From: Lentisphaeria bacterium
GTDB taxonomy: Bacteria > Verrucomicrobiota > Lentisphaeria > Oligosphaerales > CAITYL01
Reading direction: 5' to 3'
DNA length: 64,000 nt
NCBI GenBank assembly: GCA_041648735.1
Contig: JBAZOO010000010.1
Coordinates: forward strand, 6,530 to 70,529
Shown here: positions 36,412 through 44,886 of the stretch, one piece after another
How the letters are laid out: each line of letters begins with the position of its first letter
How positions within the stretch are numbered: the first letter of the stretch is position 1
Translations under genes and position numbers: made by a program
Notes under the pieces: model-generated
The model's database searches: none
Told to the model about the DNA's origin: nothing
Seen by the model: the letters and a program-made list of their open reading frames with translations, nothing else

Positions 36412-37812
36412 ATGGACACCCTCCCTTCCACCACCCTCCCCCCACCCCCGGCCCGGCTCTTCCTCGCCGGCCTCGGCGGCATCGGCATGAGCGCCCTCGC
36501 CCAGCTCCTCCGCTGGCAGGGGCATGAAGTCGCCGGCAGCGACCGCGAACTCGCCGGCCCCGGCCGCGACGAACTCTACGCCCGCCTCCAGGCCCAGGGC
36601 ATCCGCCTCTTCCCGCAGGACGGCACGGGGCTCCGCGAGTTCCAGCCCGCCGCCCTCATCCATTCCACCGCCGTCGAGGAGGGCAACCCCGACTTCCAGG
36701 CCGCCGCCGCCCGCGCCATCCCCCGGCGGCACCGCGCCGCCGCCCTCGCCGCGGCGCTCGACCGGCAGCCCGGCCGCCAGATCGGCATCGCCGGCTCCTG
36801 CGGCAAGACCAGCGTCACCGCCTGGCTCGCCGAGACCATCCACGCCCTCGGCCATTCCGTCCTCATGGTCGGCGGCGGCCACAGCCATGCCTGGGCCGAC
36901 GCCCACTTCCCCGGCAATTTCCATGCGGACTCCGCAACGCCCGAGTTCCTGGTCTACGAGGTGGACGAAAGCGACGGGTCACTGGCCGCCTTCCGGCCGC
37001 ACGTCGGCGTCGTGCTCAACATTGGCACCGACCACTTCGACCGCGACCGGCTGCGCGACCTCTTCGCCGCCTACCTCGGCCGCTGCCGCGAGGCCGCCGT
37101 GCTTTCCCCCGAACTGGCGGCGGAACTGCCGCTCCCGGCCGGCCAACCGCTCTTCCGCTTTGGCGAGGGGCTGGCGGACTACCAGGCGGGGCTGGAGGGC
37201 ATCAGCTTCCGCCTGCCCGGCCTCGGCGCCTTCGCCGTCCCCCAGTACGGCCGCCATTCCGCCAGCAACGCCGCCGCCGTGCTCGCCATCCTGCAAGCGT
37301 GCGGACTCCGCAACGCCGCTGGCCGCTGGCCGGCGGCGCTGGCCGCCTTCCGCGGCGTCAGCCGCCGCTTCGACCGCCTCGGCACCACCCCGGCCGGCGC
37401 GGCCCTGTTCGACGACTATGCGCACAACGTCGAGAAGCTCTGCGCCGCCCTCGCCACCGCCCAGGAACTGACCCCCGGCCCCGTGCTCGCCCTCTTCCAG
37501 CCGCACGGCTTCGGCCCGCTCAAGTTCATGCGCGAACCGCTGGCGCCGGCCCTGCAACGCCAGCTCCGGCCGGGCGACCGCTTCGCCTTCCTCCCAGTCT
37601 ATTACGCCGGCGGCACGACCGACTTCACCCCCTCCAGCGCCGAGGTCGCCGCCGAGCTGCGCCAGCGCGGGCTAGAGGTGCTCAGCTTCCCCGACCGCGC
37701 CGCCGCCGCGAGCTTCGTCCGCACGGCCCGCGACTTCACGGCCGTGCTCGTCCTTGGCGCCCGCGACCCCGGCCTCCCCGCCTGGTGCGCCACCCTGCGC
37801 GCCGGCCGTTGA
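36412..37812 (+). CDS. Mur-ligase family protein (MurC/Mpl-like paralog, outside a dcw cluster)
   Basis: The Rossmann-like N-terminus is FLAGLGGIGMSALAQLLRWQGHEVAGSD. The ATP site is IGIAGSCGKTS. It also has VYEVDESDGS, NIGTDH, DDYAHNVEK and LFQPHGF, which are MurC-like but divergent. Confidence 0.7.
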   Translation: MDTLPSTTLPPPPARLFLAGLGGIGMSALAQLLRWQGHEVAGSDRELAGPGRDELYARLQAQGIRLFPQDGTGLREFQPAALIHSTAVEEGNPDFQAAAARAIPRRHRAAALAAALDRQPGRQIGIAGSCGKTSVTAWLAETIHALGHSVLMVGGGHSHAWADAHFPGNFHADSATPEFLVYEVDESDGSLAAFRPHVGVVLNIGTDHFDRDRLRDLFAAYLGRCREAAVLSPELAAELPLPAGQPLFRFGEGLADYQAGLEGISFRLPGLGAFAVPQYGRHSASNAAAVLAILQACGLRNAAGRWPAALAAFRGVSRRFDRLGTTPAGAALFDDYAHNVEKLCAALATAQELTPGPVLALFQPHGFGPLKFMREPLAPALQRQLRPGDRFAFLPVYYAGGTTDFTPSSAEVAAELRQRGLEVLSFPDRAAAASFVRTARDFTAVLVLGARDPGLPAWCATLRAGR

Positions 37813-37852
37813 GAGCCACCCACCGCTTCCCGGCAATTCAAGGAACCAACCC

Positions 37853-39202
37853 ATGACGACGACTCCGCAACTCTGGGAGCTGGACCGGCGCAGCCTCTGG
37901 CACCCCTTCACCAAGCATTCGGCGCTCCAGGGGCCGCCCTTCCCGATCATCGAGCGCGGTGCCGGCGTCTGGCTGACGGACACCGACGGCAACCGCCTCT
38001 TCGACGCCATCTCCTCCTGGTGGGCCTGCAACCTCGGCCACAACCACCCCCGCATCGTCGCCGCCATCCGCGACCAGGCCGGGCGCCTCGACCACAGCAT
38101 CCTCGGCAACCTGACGCATCCCAACGCCATCCGCCTCGCCGCCCGCCTGCTGGAACTCTTCCCGCACCCGCGCCGCCGGGTGTTCTTCGCCAGCGACGGC
38201 GCCTGCGGCGTCGAGGCCGCCCTGCGCATCGCCACCCAGTACTGGCACAACCTGGGGCGGCCGGAGAAGCACCGCTTCGCGGCGCTGCACGAAGGCTACC
38301 ACGGCGACACGATCGGCGCCATGTCCGTCGGCTATCTCCCAAGCTTCCACGAGCCCTACAAGCCGCTGCTCTTCCCCGTGCACCAGGCCGACCTCCCCGA
38401 CTGCCGCCACTGCCCGCACCGGCGGGCGGCGGCCGCCGCCGCCCCCTTCGACCCCCTCGCCTGCCACTGCGGCGTGGAATGCTTCACGCACCTGGAAACG
38501 CTGCTCACGGCGCACGCCGGCGAGCTGGCGGCCATGATCGTCGAGCCGCACTGCCAAGGCGCGGCGGGCATGCGCATGTACAGCCCCGCCTGGCTCCGGC
38601 GGCTGGCGGAGCTGTGCGCGAAACTCGACATCCTCCTCATCGCCGACGAGGTCGCCATGGGCTTCGGCCGCACCGGCCGCCTCTTCTCCTTCGAACATGC
38701 CGGGATCGACCCCGACATCGTCTGCCTCGGCAAAAGCCTCACCGGCGGCACCCTGCCCATGAGCGCCGCGGTCGTCCAGGAACGGATTTTCGCCGCCTTC
38801 GCCGACACCCCGGCGAAGGACGGCACCCTCTACCACGGCCACACCTTCGCCGGCAATCCGCTGGCGGCGGCGGCGGCCCTGGCGGCCCTGGACGTCTTTG
38901 CGGCGGAAGGGATTGTCGAACGCGCCGCGGCGCTGTCCCGGCACCTGGCGGAAGCGGGCAAGGCGCTGTGCGGCCTGCCGGGCGTCGAAAACGTGCGCGT
39001 GCTCGGCGCGATCCTCGCCTGCGAGGTGGCCGACGCCGCCCGGGCCCAGGCCGCCCGCCAGCGCCTGCTCGGCCGCGGCATCCTCCTCCGCCCCCTGGGG
39101 CGCACCCTCTACCTCCTCCCCCCCCTGGTCACCACCGACGCCGACCTGCGCTGGCTGGCCGAGGAGTTCCGCGTCGCCCTCGCCGCGGCGGCCGGGGAAT
39201 AG
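37853..39202 (+). CDS. bioA: Adenosylmethionine-8-amino-7-oxononanoate aminotransferase
   Basis: The start is MTTTPQLWELDRRSLWHPFT. The sequence SSWWACNLGHNHPRIVAAI closely parallels E. coli BioA (SSWWAAIHGYNHPQL). It has the class-III aminotransferase layout. Confidence 0.85.
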   Translation: MTTTPQLWELDRRSLWHPFTKHSALQGPPFPIIERGAGVWLTDTDGNRLFDAISSWWACNLGHNHPRIVAAIRDQAGRLDHSILGNLTHPNAIRLAARLLELFPHPRRRVFFASDGACGVEAALRIATQYWHNLGRPEKHRFAALHEGYHGDTIGAMSVGYLPSFHEPYKPLLFPVHQADLPDCRHCPHRRAAAAAAPFDPLACHCGVECFTHLETLLTAHAGELAAMIVEPHCQGAAGMRMYSPAWLRRLAELCAKLDILLIADEVAMGFGRTGRLFSFEHAGIDPDIVCLGKSLTGGTLPMSAAVVQERIFAAFADTPAKDGTLYHGHTFAGNPLAAAAALAALDVFAAEGIVERAAALSRHLAEAGKALCGLPGVENVRVLGAILACEVADAARAQAARQRLLGRGILLRPLGRTLYLLPPLVTTDADLRWLAEEFRVALAAAAGE

Positions 39203-39257
39203 GCCGGGGGACAGGCGAATTGTGGGCAATGGCCCCCACCCACCTGGCGTCACCCAG

Positions 39258-39821
39258 TCATTGCATCACTGCGTCACCCCCCCCGGCACCACCGCCACCG
39301 CCGTGGATGCGGCGGATGACGCGGGTCGTGGAATGCCCTTCGACGAAGGGGAGGAAGACGATCCGGGCACCGCCGGCCTCGGCGGCGCGGCGCTCGTCCT
39401 GGGGAATGCTCTCGACCGTGTAGTCGCCGCCCTTGACATAGATGTCGGGCTGGACCTGTTCCAGCAGCGGGGTGACGCGGAGGGTGTCAAAAACCACCAC
39501 GGCGTCCACCGCCTCCAGGGCGGCAAGCAGCCAGGAGCGGTCCGCCTCGTGGTTGACCGGGCGGGTGGGGCCCTTGAGCTGGCGCACCGTGGCGTCGCTG
39601 TTGACGGCGACGAGCAGGGCGTCGCCCAGCAGCCGGGCGCGGTGGAGGTAGCTCGCATGGCCACGGTGGAGGATGTCGAAGCAGCCATTGGTCATCACCA
39701 GGCGGCACCCTTGGCGGCGCAGCTCGGCGCGCCAGGCCGCCAGCGCCGCGGCGTCCATGATCTTCGCTTCGGGATCGCGCATCCTTGCCGCTCCGCCGCT
39801 GCCGCCGGGCCGGGCCGTCAC
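39258..39821 (-). CDS. hldC: Cytidylyltransferase-like adenylyltransferase (RfaE domain II / HldC-type, D-glycero-beta-D-manno-heptose-1-phosphate adenylyltransferase-like)
   Basis: The motif is TNGCFDILHRGH (HxGH), followed by LLVAVNSD and IYVKGGDY. The GTG at 39821 overlaps the Hpt stop (GTGA). Alternative ATG starts lie at 39782 and 39758. Confidence 0.75.
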   Translation of the reverse strand: MTARPGGSGGAARMRDPEAKIMDAAALAAWRAELRRQGCRLVMTNGCFDILHRGHASYLHRARLLGDALLVAVNSDATVRQLKGPTRPVNHEADRSWLLAALEAVDAVVVFDTLRVTPLLEQVQPDIYVKGGDYTVESIPQDERRAAEAGGARIVFLPFVEGHSTTRVIRRIHGGGGGAGGGDAVMQ

Positions 39822-40150
39822 TCCTGCTCCAATCCGCGCGCCAGCGCCTGGATCCGGGCCAGAAGCGGGGGCACGGTTTGCGCCGCGGCGGCGGAATCCT
39901 TGGCGGCAAGTTCGATCTCCTTGCCGAGGCCGCCCAGCTCCGTCAGCCCCACGTTGAGGGCGACGCCCTTCAGGGAATGCCCCTTGTGGTCAACCGTCGC
40001 CCAATCGCCCTGCGCCGTGGCGGCGTCCAGCGCCAAGACAATCTCCTTGACGTTCTGGATGGCGGCGCCAAGGAGATGGGCGACGGTTTCGGCGTCGAAG
40101 CCGTAGGCGCCCACGAGGTGGTCCCGGATTTGCTGCTGAAGGCGGTTCAT
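39818..40150 (-). CDS. Stand-alone Hpt (histidine phosphotransfer) domain protein
   Basis: This is a 110-aa all-helical sequence with the Hpt signature HKGHSLKGVALNVGL. Its start overlaps the stop of the upstream EEP gene (ATGA). Confidence 0.75.
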   Translation of the reverse strand: MNRLQQQIRDHLVGAYGFDAETVAHLLGAAIQNVKEIVLALDAATAQGDWATVDHKGHSLKGVALNVGLTELGGLGKEIELAAKDSAAAAQTVPPLLARIQALARGLEQE

Positions 40151-40917
40151 GGCTCGTTCCTCGTCGGTTTCCCCCCTTCCGGCGCCCCGCGCACCCGGAA
40201 GTCGCAGACCAGCGGATAATGGTCGGAGAGTTGGACGGTCGGGACGCGGAAGGCGGTGACCTCGATTCCCGGCCCGTGCAGAATATAGTCGATCTGGTGG
40301 CGGGGTGCCCAGCTTGGCCAGGAAGGCTGGCCCGTGCTGGCATTGCGCAAGCCGGCCTCATGCAGCGGCTGGAGTTCCGCGTCCCCGGCAAAGGTGTTGA
40401 AGTCGCCGGCGACTAGGCACGGCTTGATGGCCTCGCGGGTCCACTGGGCGAGCTGGGCGATCTGGGCCGTGCGGCACTCCCGTTTCAGGGCCAGATGCAC
40501 CAGCAGGACCTGGAAGGTGGAGTATTCGACTTCGAGCGCGAGCCGCTTCATCCCGCGGTCGAAGTAGCGGCGGAGCACGCGTTGCGGCCGCTCCTTCGCG
40601 AGGACGGCGTTGGCCTGCTTGCGCATGAGGGGCATGGCGGCGGCCCAGGAGCTGGGATGGTACTTGCTTTCCACGCAGGCCCAGTGGCCGAGTTCGGCGG
40701 CAATGGCCTGGGCCTGGTCACGCCGGCCGGAGCGCAGCAGGGAGCCGCTGTCGATCTCCACCAGCCCCACCAGGTCGGGGCGCATCTCCTTGAGGAAGCG
40801 GACGATGCGGTGGAGGTGGTCGCGGGTCGGCTTGAGGAAGCCGGCCATGGGGAACGGCAGGTGGTAGCGCAGGCCAGTGCCGGTGCCGTAGCGCAGGTTG
40901 TAGAGCAGGAAACGCAT
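40147..40917 (-). CDS. Endonuclease/exonuclease/phosphatase (EEP) family protein
   Basis: The start is MRFLLYNLRYGTG. It has DLVGLVEID, LVAGDFN and a C-terminal LSDHYPLVCDF (the catalytic His of EEP enzymes). Confidence 0.75.
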   Translation of the reverse strand: MRFLLYNLRYGTGTGLRYHLPFPMAGFLKPTRDHLHRIVRFLKEMRPDLVGLVEIDSGSLLRSGRRDQAQAIAAELGHWACVESKYHPSSWAAAMPLMRKQANAVLAKERPQRVLRRYFDRGMKRLALEVEYSTFQVLLVHLALKRECRTAQIAQLAQWTREAIKPCLVAGDFNTFAGDAELQPLHEAGLRNASTGQPSWPSWAPRHQIDYILHGPGIEVTAFRVPTVQLSDHYPLVCDFRVRGAPEGGKPTRNEP

Positions 40918-41063
40918 GGCTGGGCGGGGCGGGGGTTCCGGAAAAAATCTTCCGGGGTACTATAGTTCCCGACAGTTGGGCCGGACGCGGGCGGGCGGAA
41001 GGAATCCGCCGCGGCGGCAGCGGCCGGCGCAAGTCCTTATTCCCCGCGGGAGAACGCCCCCCG

Positions 41064-42005
41064 ATGCTGAAGCGACATGAACTGCTGGACGGCCGCCTGG
41101 TCGAGACCGGCGACGAGCAAAGCCCGATCCTCGTCTACCTCAATCCGGACGAGACCGAGCGGCGCTACCTGACCAGCGAACTCAAGCTCGACGAACATAC
41201 CTTGAACTCGGCCCTTGACCCGGACGAACTCTCCCGCCTCGAGTTCGAGCCGGACCACGTCGCCGCCATCTTCAAGCGCCCCAAGTATTATTGCGCCGAC
41301 GACAACTTCCTCTTCCGCGTCTCCTCCGCCGGCGCCTTCCTCTTCAAGAACCGGCTGGTGCTGGTGCTGAGCGAGGACGTGCCGCTGTTCGACGGCGGCA
41401 AGTCCTTCCTCCGCCTGCAAAGCCTCAACGAGGTCTTCCTCAAGATCATCTACCGTTCGATCTTCCATTTCCTCGAACACTTGAAGGTGATCAACCTGAT
41501 CGTCGACCAGCTCGAACAGAAACTGCCCTCCGCCATGGGCAACAAGCACCTGCTGAACCTCTTCACCCTCGAAAAGAGCCTGGTCTACTACCTCAACGCC
41601 ATCAACTCCAACGGAATGCTCATCGAGAAGCTCCGCACCGCCGCCGGCAAGATCGGGTTCAGCGCCGAGCAGGTCGAGTTCCTGGAAGACATGACGATCG
41701 AGAACACCCAGTGCTTCAAGCAGGCGGACATCTACTCCTCGATCCTGGCGAGCATGATGGACGCCCGCGCCTCGGTGATCAACAACAACCTGAACATCCT
41801 GATGAAGCGGCTGACCGTGCTCAGCCTGGTCTTCCTCCCGATCAACATCATCGCCAGCATCGGCGGCATGTCCGAATACAGCCAATGGACCCACGGCGTC
41901 CACTGGTCCATCTCCTACAGCCTCTTCGGCCTGGCCATGATGGTGATCGGCTGGCTGACCTACCTGATCTTCCGCTGGAGCGGCCTGGACCAGCCGGCGG
42001 ACTGA
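41064..42005 (+). CDS. CorA-family divalent cation channel-like protein (GMN motif replaced by GMS)
   Basis: It has a CorA-like soluble domain and two C-terminal TM helices. The loop reads ASIGGMSEY where canonical CorA has YGMNF. Confidence 0.7.
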   Translation: MLKRHELLDGRLVETGDEQSPILVYLNPDETERRYLTSELKLDEHTLNSALDPDELSRLEFEPDHVAAIFKRPKYYCADDNFLFRVSSAGAFLFKNRLVLVLSEDVPLFDGGKSFLRLQSLNEVFLKIIYRSIFHFLEHLKVINLIVDQLEQKLPSAMGNKHLLNLFTLEKSLVYYLNAINSNGMLIEKLRTAAGKIGFSAEQVEFLEDMTIENTQCFKQADIYSSILASMMDARASVINNNLNILMKRLTVLSLVFLPINIIASIGGMSEYSQWTHGVHWSISYSLFGLAMMVIGWLTYLIFRWSGLDQPAD

Positions 42006-42036
42006 CGGCCCGCGGCCGCGCCGGCCGGCACGGCGG

Positions 42037-43542
42037 TCAGAGGATCGGCGTGAACAGGTGGCAGGCGTTCTCCGCAACCTGCTGGAAGAGGGGGCGGCGG
42101 CGCCAGGCCGCCAAGGCGACCTCCTGGCTGTGGGCCTGCTCCTGGACGAGGGCGGCGGCCAGGCTGGCGATGAACGCCACGTCGTAGACGGCGAGGACGC
42201 TCTCGTAGTTCAGCCGCAGGCTGCGCATGTCGAGGTTGGCCGTGCCCACCAGCGCCACGGTGTCGTCGGCAATCAGGGCCTTGGCATGGAAGAAGGGGGG
42301 CAGCCGCTCGAAGATCCGCACCCCGGCGGCCAGCAGCTCCTCGTAGTGCGCACGGCCGGCGTAGCCGGCGTAGAGGTGGTTGTTGACGCGCGGCAGGATC
42401 AGGCGCACCTCCACGCCGCGGCGGGCGGCGGCGCGCAGGGCGTGCAACAGGTCGGGCGGCGGCGCGAAATAGGGGGTGGCCGCCCAGAGCCGCTGGCGCG
42501 CCGCCAGGATGGCCTGGAAGAACAGCTCGCCCAAGACATCATCCCCGGCCACGGGGGCGCCGTGGAGGGCGCGGATGCGCGCCCCGCCCGCCACCGGCTG
42601 GTGGGGGAAGCAGTCCTGGCGGAGGAAGCGCTCCGCCGGCTCGTCGGTGATGAAATGCCAATCCTGGAGGAAGGCGAACTGCAGCTCCTGGACCACCGGG
42701 CCGCGCACCTCGAAATGGTAGTCGCGGATCGCCAGCCGCGCCCCGTGGGAGAGGTGGCCGTCATGCAGGTTGAGACCGCCGGTGAAGGCCCGGAGGCCAT
42801 CAACCACGAGAAGCTTGCGGTGGTTGCGCAGGTTGATGGCGAACTGGCGCTTGAGGAGGTTGCTCTGGGTCCAGCCGGCGATCTCCAGGTTGGGGATCCC
42901 CCGGTAGCGGTGGAAGAAGCGGCGCAGCACGGCGCCAGTGGAGCCGAAGCGGTCGTAGAGCACGCGCACCGTGACCCCGGCGCGGGCGCGGGCGGCCAGG
43001 GCGTCCATGAACCGCCGGCCGGTGGCGTCGGCGCCGAGGATGAAGCTCTGGAGGTGGATGTGCTGCTCGGCGGCCTCGATGGCGGCAAGCATGGGGCCGT
43101 AGGCCTCGTCGCCATCAACCAGGAGGCGGATGGCGTTGCCGCCGAGCAGCGGGAAATCCTCGACAATGCCATCCAAGGCGCGGTTGAGCGTGGCGCCGGC
43201 GGCGGTCGGCGGTTCGCAGGCGCGGGTCTCCCGCACGGCGCGCCAATAGGCCATCTCCAAGTCGGCCTCCTCGCGGGCGCGGCGTTCGGCGACCAGCGCC
43301 CGGTCGCGCTCCTGCTTGCGCAACGCCTTGCGGGGCAAACGGTTGTGCCCAATCATCAGATAGAGCAGGGCGCCGGCGAACGGCAGGAACCAGGTGAAGA
43401 GCAGCCAGGCGGTGGCGGCGGTCGGCTCCCGGCGGCGGCGGAGGATGTCCAACGCCACGAGGAGGAAGAGCGTCAGATGCAGCGCCCCGCCCAGCAGCAG
43501 CTCCCAGGTGGTCGTCGCGACGCCCAGCAGTTGGTCGGCCAT
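42037..43542 (-). CDS. cls: Cardiolipin synthase (PLD superfamily)
   Basis: The ATG at 43542 gives two N-terminal TM helices. Two HKD motifs are present: NHRKLLVVDG and FHAKALIADD. Confidence 0.9.
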   Translation of the reverse strand: MADQLLGVATTTWELLLGGALHLTLFLLVALDILRRRREPTAATAWLLFTWFLPFAGALLYLMIGHNRLPRKALRKQERDRALVAERRAREEADLEMAYWRAVRETRACEPPTAAGATLNRALDGIVEDFPLLGGNAIRLLVDGDEAYGPMLAAIEAAEQHIHLQSFILGADATGRRFMDALAARARAGVTVRVLYDRFGSTGAVLRRFFHRYRGIPNLEIAGWTQSNLLKRQFAINLRNHRKLLVVDGLRAFTGGLNLHDGHLSHGARLAIRDYHFEVRGPVVQELQFAFLQDWHFITDEPAERFLRQDCFPHQPVAGGARIRALHGAPVAGDDVLGELFFQAILAARQRLWAATPYFAPPPDLLHALRAAARRGVEVRLILPRVNNHLYAGYAGRAHYEELLAAGVRIFERLPPFFHAKALIADDTVALVGTANLDMRSLRLNYESVLAVYDVAFIASLAAALVQEQAHSQEVALAAWRRRPLFQQVAENACHLFTPIL

Positions 43543-43790
43543 CTCGTGGGCTCCGGTCCCCCGCGGAAGCCGCGGGCGGGTTCCCCCCAATATACCTGAT
43601 TTTCGCTTTTCGAATGCCGATTGCCGATTTTCGCCAGTTTCAAGTTTCCCGCAAGCCCCGGCCAGCGGCCAGCCACCGGTTTGAAACTTGACGGAAAGAG
43701 GCTACGTTCCCCCTTCACGGCAAGCATTGCCTGGGCTTGTCATCTCCCCCTTCAGGTCGGTCGTTCGGTTGTGGCGAGGTCATCCATCCC

Positions 43791-44363
43791 ATGAAACATC
43801 TGCGTTCCCTGCTGGTCGCGGCCGTGCTCGCGACCGTCGTCGTCTCCGGCACTGGCTGCCGCTGGTTCAAGAAGAAGGACAAGCTGGTGGTGCCCGAAGG
43901 CGCCACGCCCGGCATGACCCTGCCCGGGGCCGCCGGCGAAGGCTGGAGCCCCACCGCCGAAGGGTTGCCCCCGCGCGCCGGCGGCAGTTTCACGCCGACC
44001 TCCGACCCGGCCCTCGGCGGTGCCAGCGGCTTCGTCATCTATTTCGCCTTCGACCGCTCCGAGATCGGCACCACCGAGCAAGCCAAGCTCGACCAGGTCG
44101 CCGGCCTGCTCAAGCAGAGCCCGGATCTCGCGGCAATGATCGAAGGGCACTGCGACGACCGCGGCAGCGACGAATACAACCGCGGCCTCGGCGAACGCCG
44201 CGCCCTCGCGGTCCGCGAGTACCTGGCCATGGCCGGCGTCGAGGACACCCGCCTGGAAACGGTCAGCTATGGCGAGGAGAAGCCGGTGGTGCCCAACGCC
44301 ACTAACGAGAGCGAACACGCCCAGAACCGCCGCGGCGTCGTCATCCTCGGCACCCGCAACTGA
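43791..44363 (+). CDS. pal: Peptidoglycan-associated lipoprotein (OmpA-like domain)
   Basis: The lipobox is VVSGTGC. The OmpA-like domain reads FAFDRSEI...GHCDDRGSDEYNRGLGERRA...NRRGVVIL. Confidence 0.85.
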   Translation: MKHLRSLLVAAVLATVVVSGTGCRWFKKKDKLVVPEGATPGMTLPGAAGEGWSPTAEGLPPRAGGSFTPTSDPALGGASGFVIYFAFDRSEIGTTEQAKLDQVAGLLKQSPDLAAMIEGHCDDRGSDEYNRGLGERRALAVREYLAMAGVEDTRLETVSYGEEKPVVPNATNESEHAQNRRGVVILGTRN

Positions 44364-44415
44364 ACTTGGAGAGACCCCCGCGGCCGGCCCTCGCCGCCCC
44401 GCGGGGTGGGGCTGG

Positions 44416-44886
44416 ATGAACCGACCGGAAGAAGTGGAAGCGCCGCTGGAAGTCTGCGCCGCCGTCGTCCGCCGACAGCGGCGCTTTTTGCTGGCCACCC
44501 GCCCGGCGGGCAAACACCTGGCGGAGCACTGGGAGTTCCCCGGCGGCAAAGTGCATGCCGGCGAGACGCTCGAAGCCTGCATCATCCGCGAACTCCGCGA
44601 GGAACTGGGCGTCACCGTCCAGGCGCCGCACTGGCTGGCGACCCTCGACCATGCCTACCCCGGGAAGCACATCCGCCTGCACTTCCTCGCCGGCGACCTG
44701 CCCGCGACGGCGGAGCCGCACCCGCACGAGGGGCAGCGGCTCGGCTGGTTCACCCCGGCGGAAATGGGCGCCCTGCTCCTCGCCCCCGCCGACCGCCGCT
44801 TCGCTGAACGGCTGGCGCGGACGCCGGAATGGAATGGCGAAACCGCCCCCGCACCAACCCCACCGACCGCCGCCCCCCGCCCCTGA
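44416..44886 (+). CDS. mutT: NUDIX hydrolase (MutT / 8-oxo-dGTP diphosphatase-like)
   Basis: The Nudix box is GGKVHAGETLEACIIRELREELGV. Its stop overlaps the miaB start (TGATG). Confidence 0.8.
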   Translation: MNRPEEVEAPLEVCAAVVRRQRRFLLATRPAGKHLAEHWEFPGGKVHAGETLEACIIRELREELGVTVQAPHWLATLDHAYPGKHIRLHFLAGDLPATAEPHPHEGQRLGWFTPAEMGALLLAPADRRFAERLARTPEWNGETAPAPTPPTAAPRP

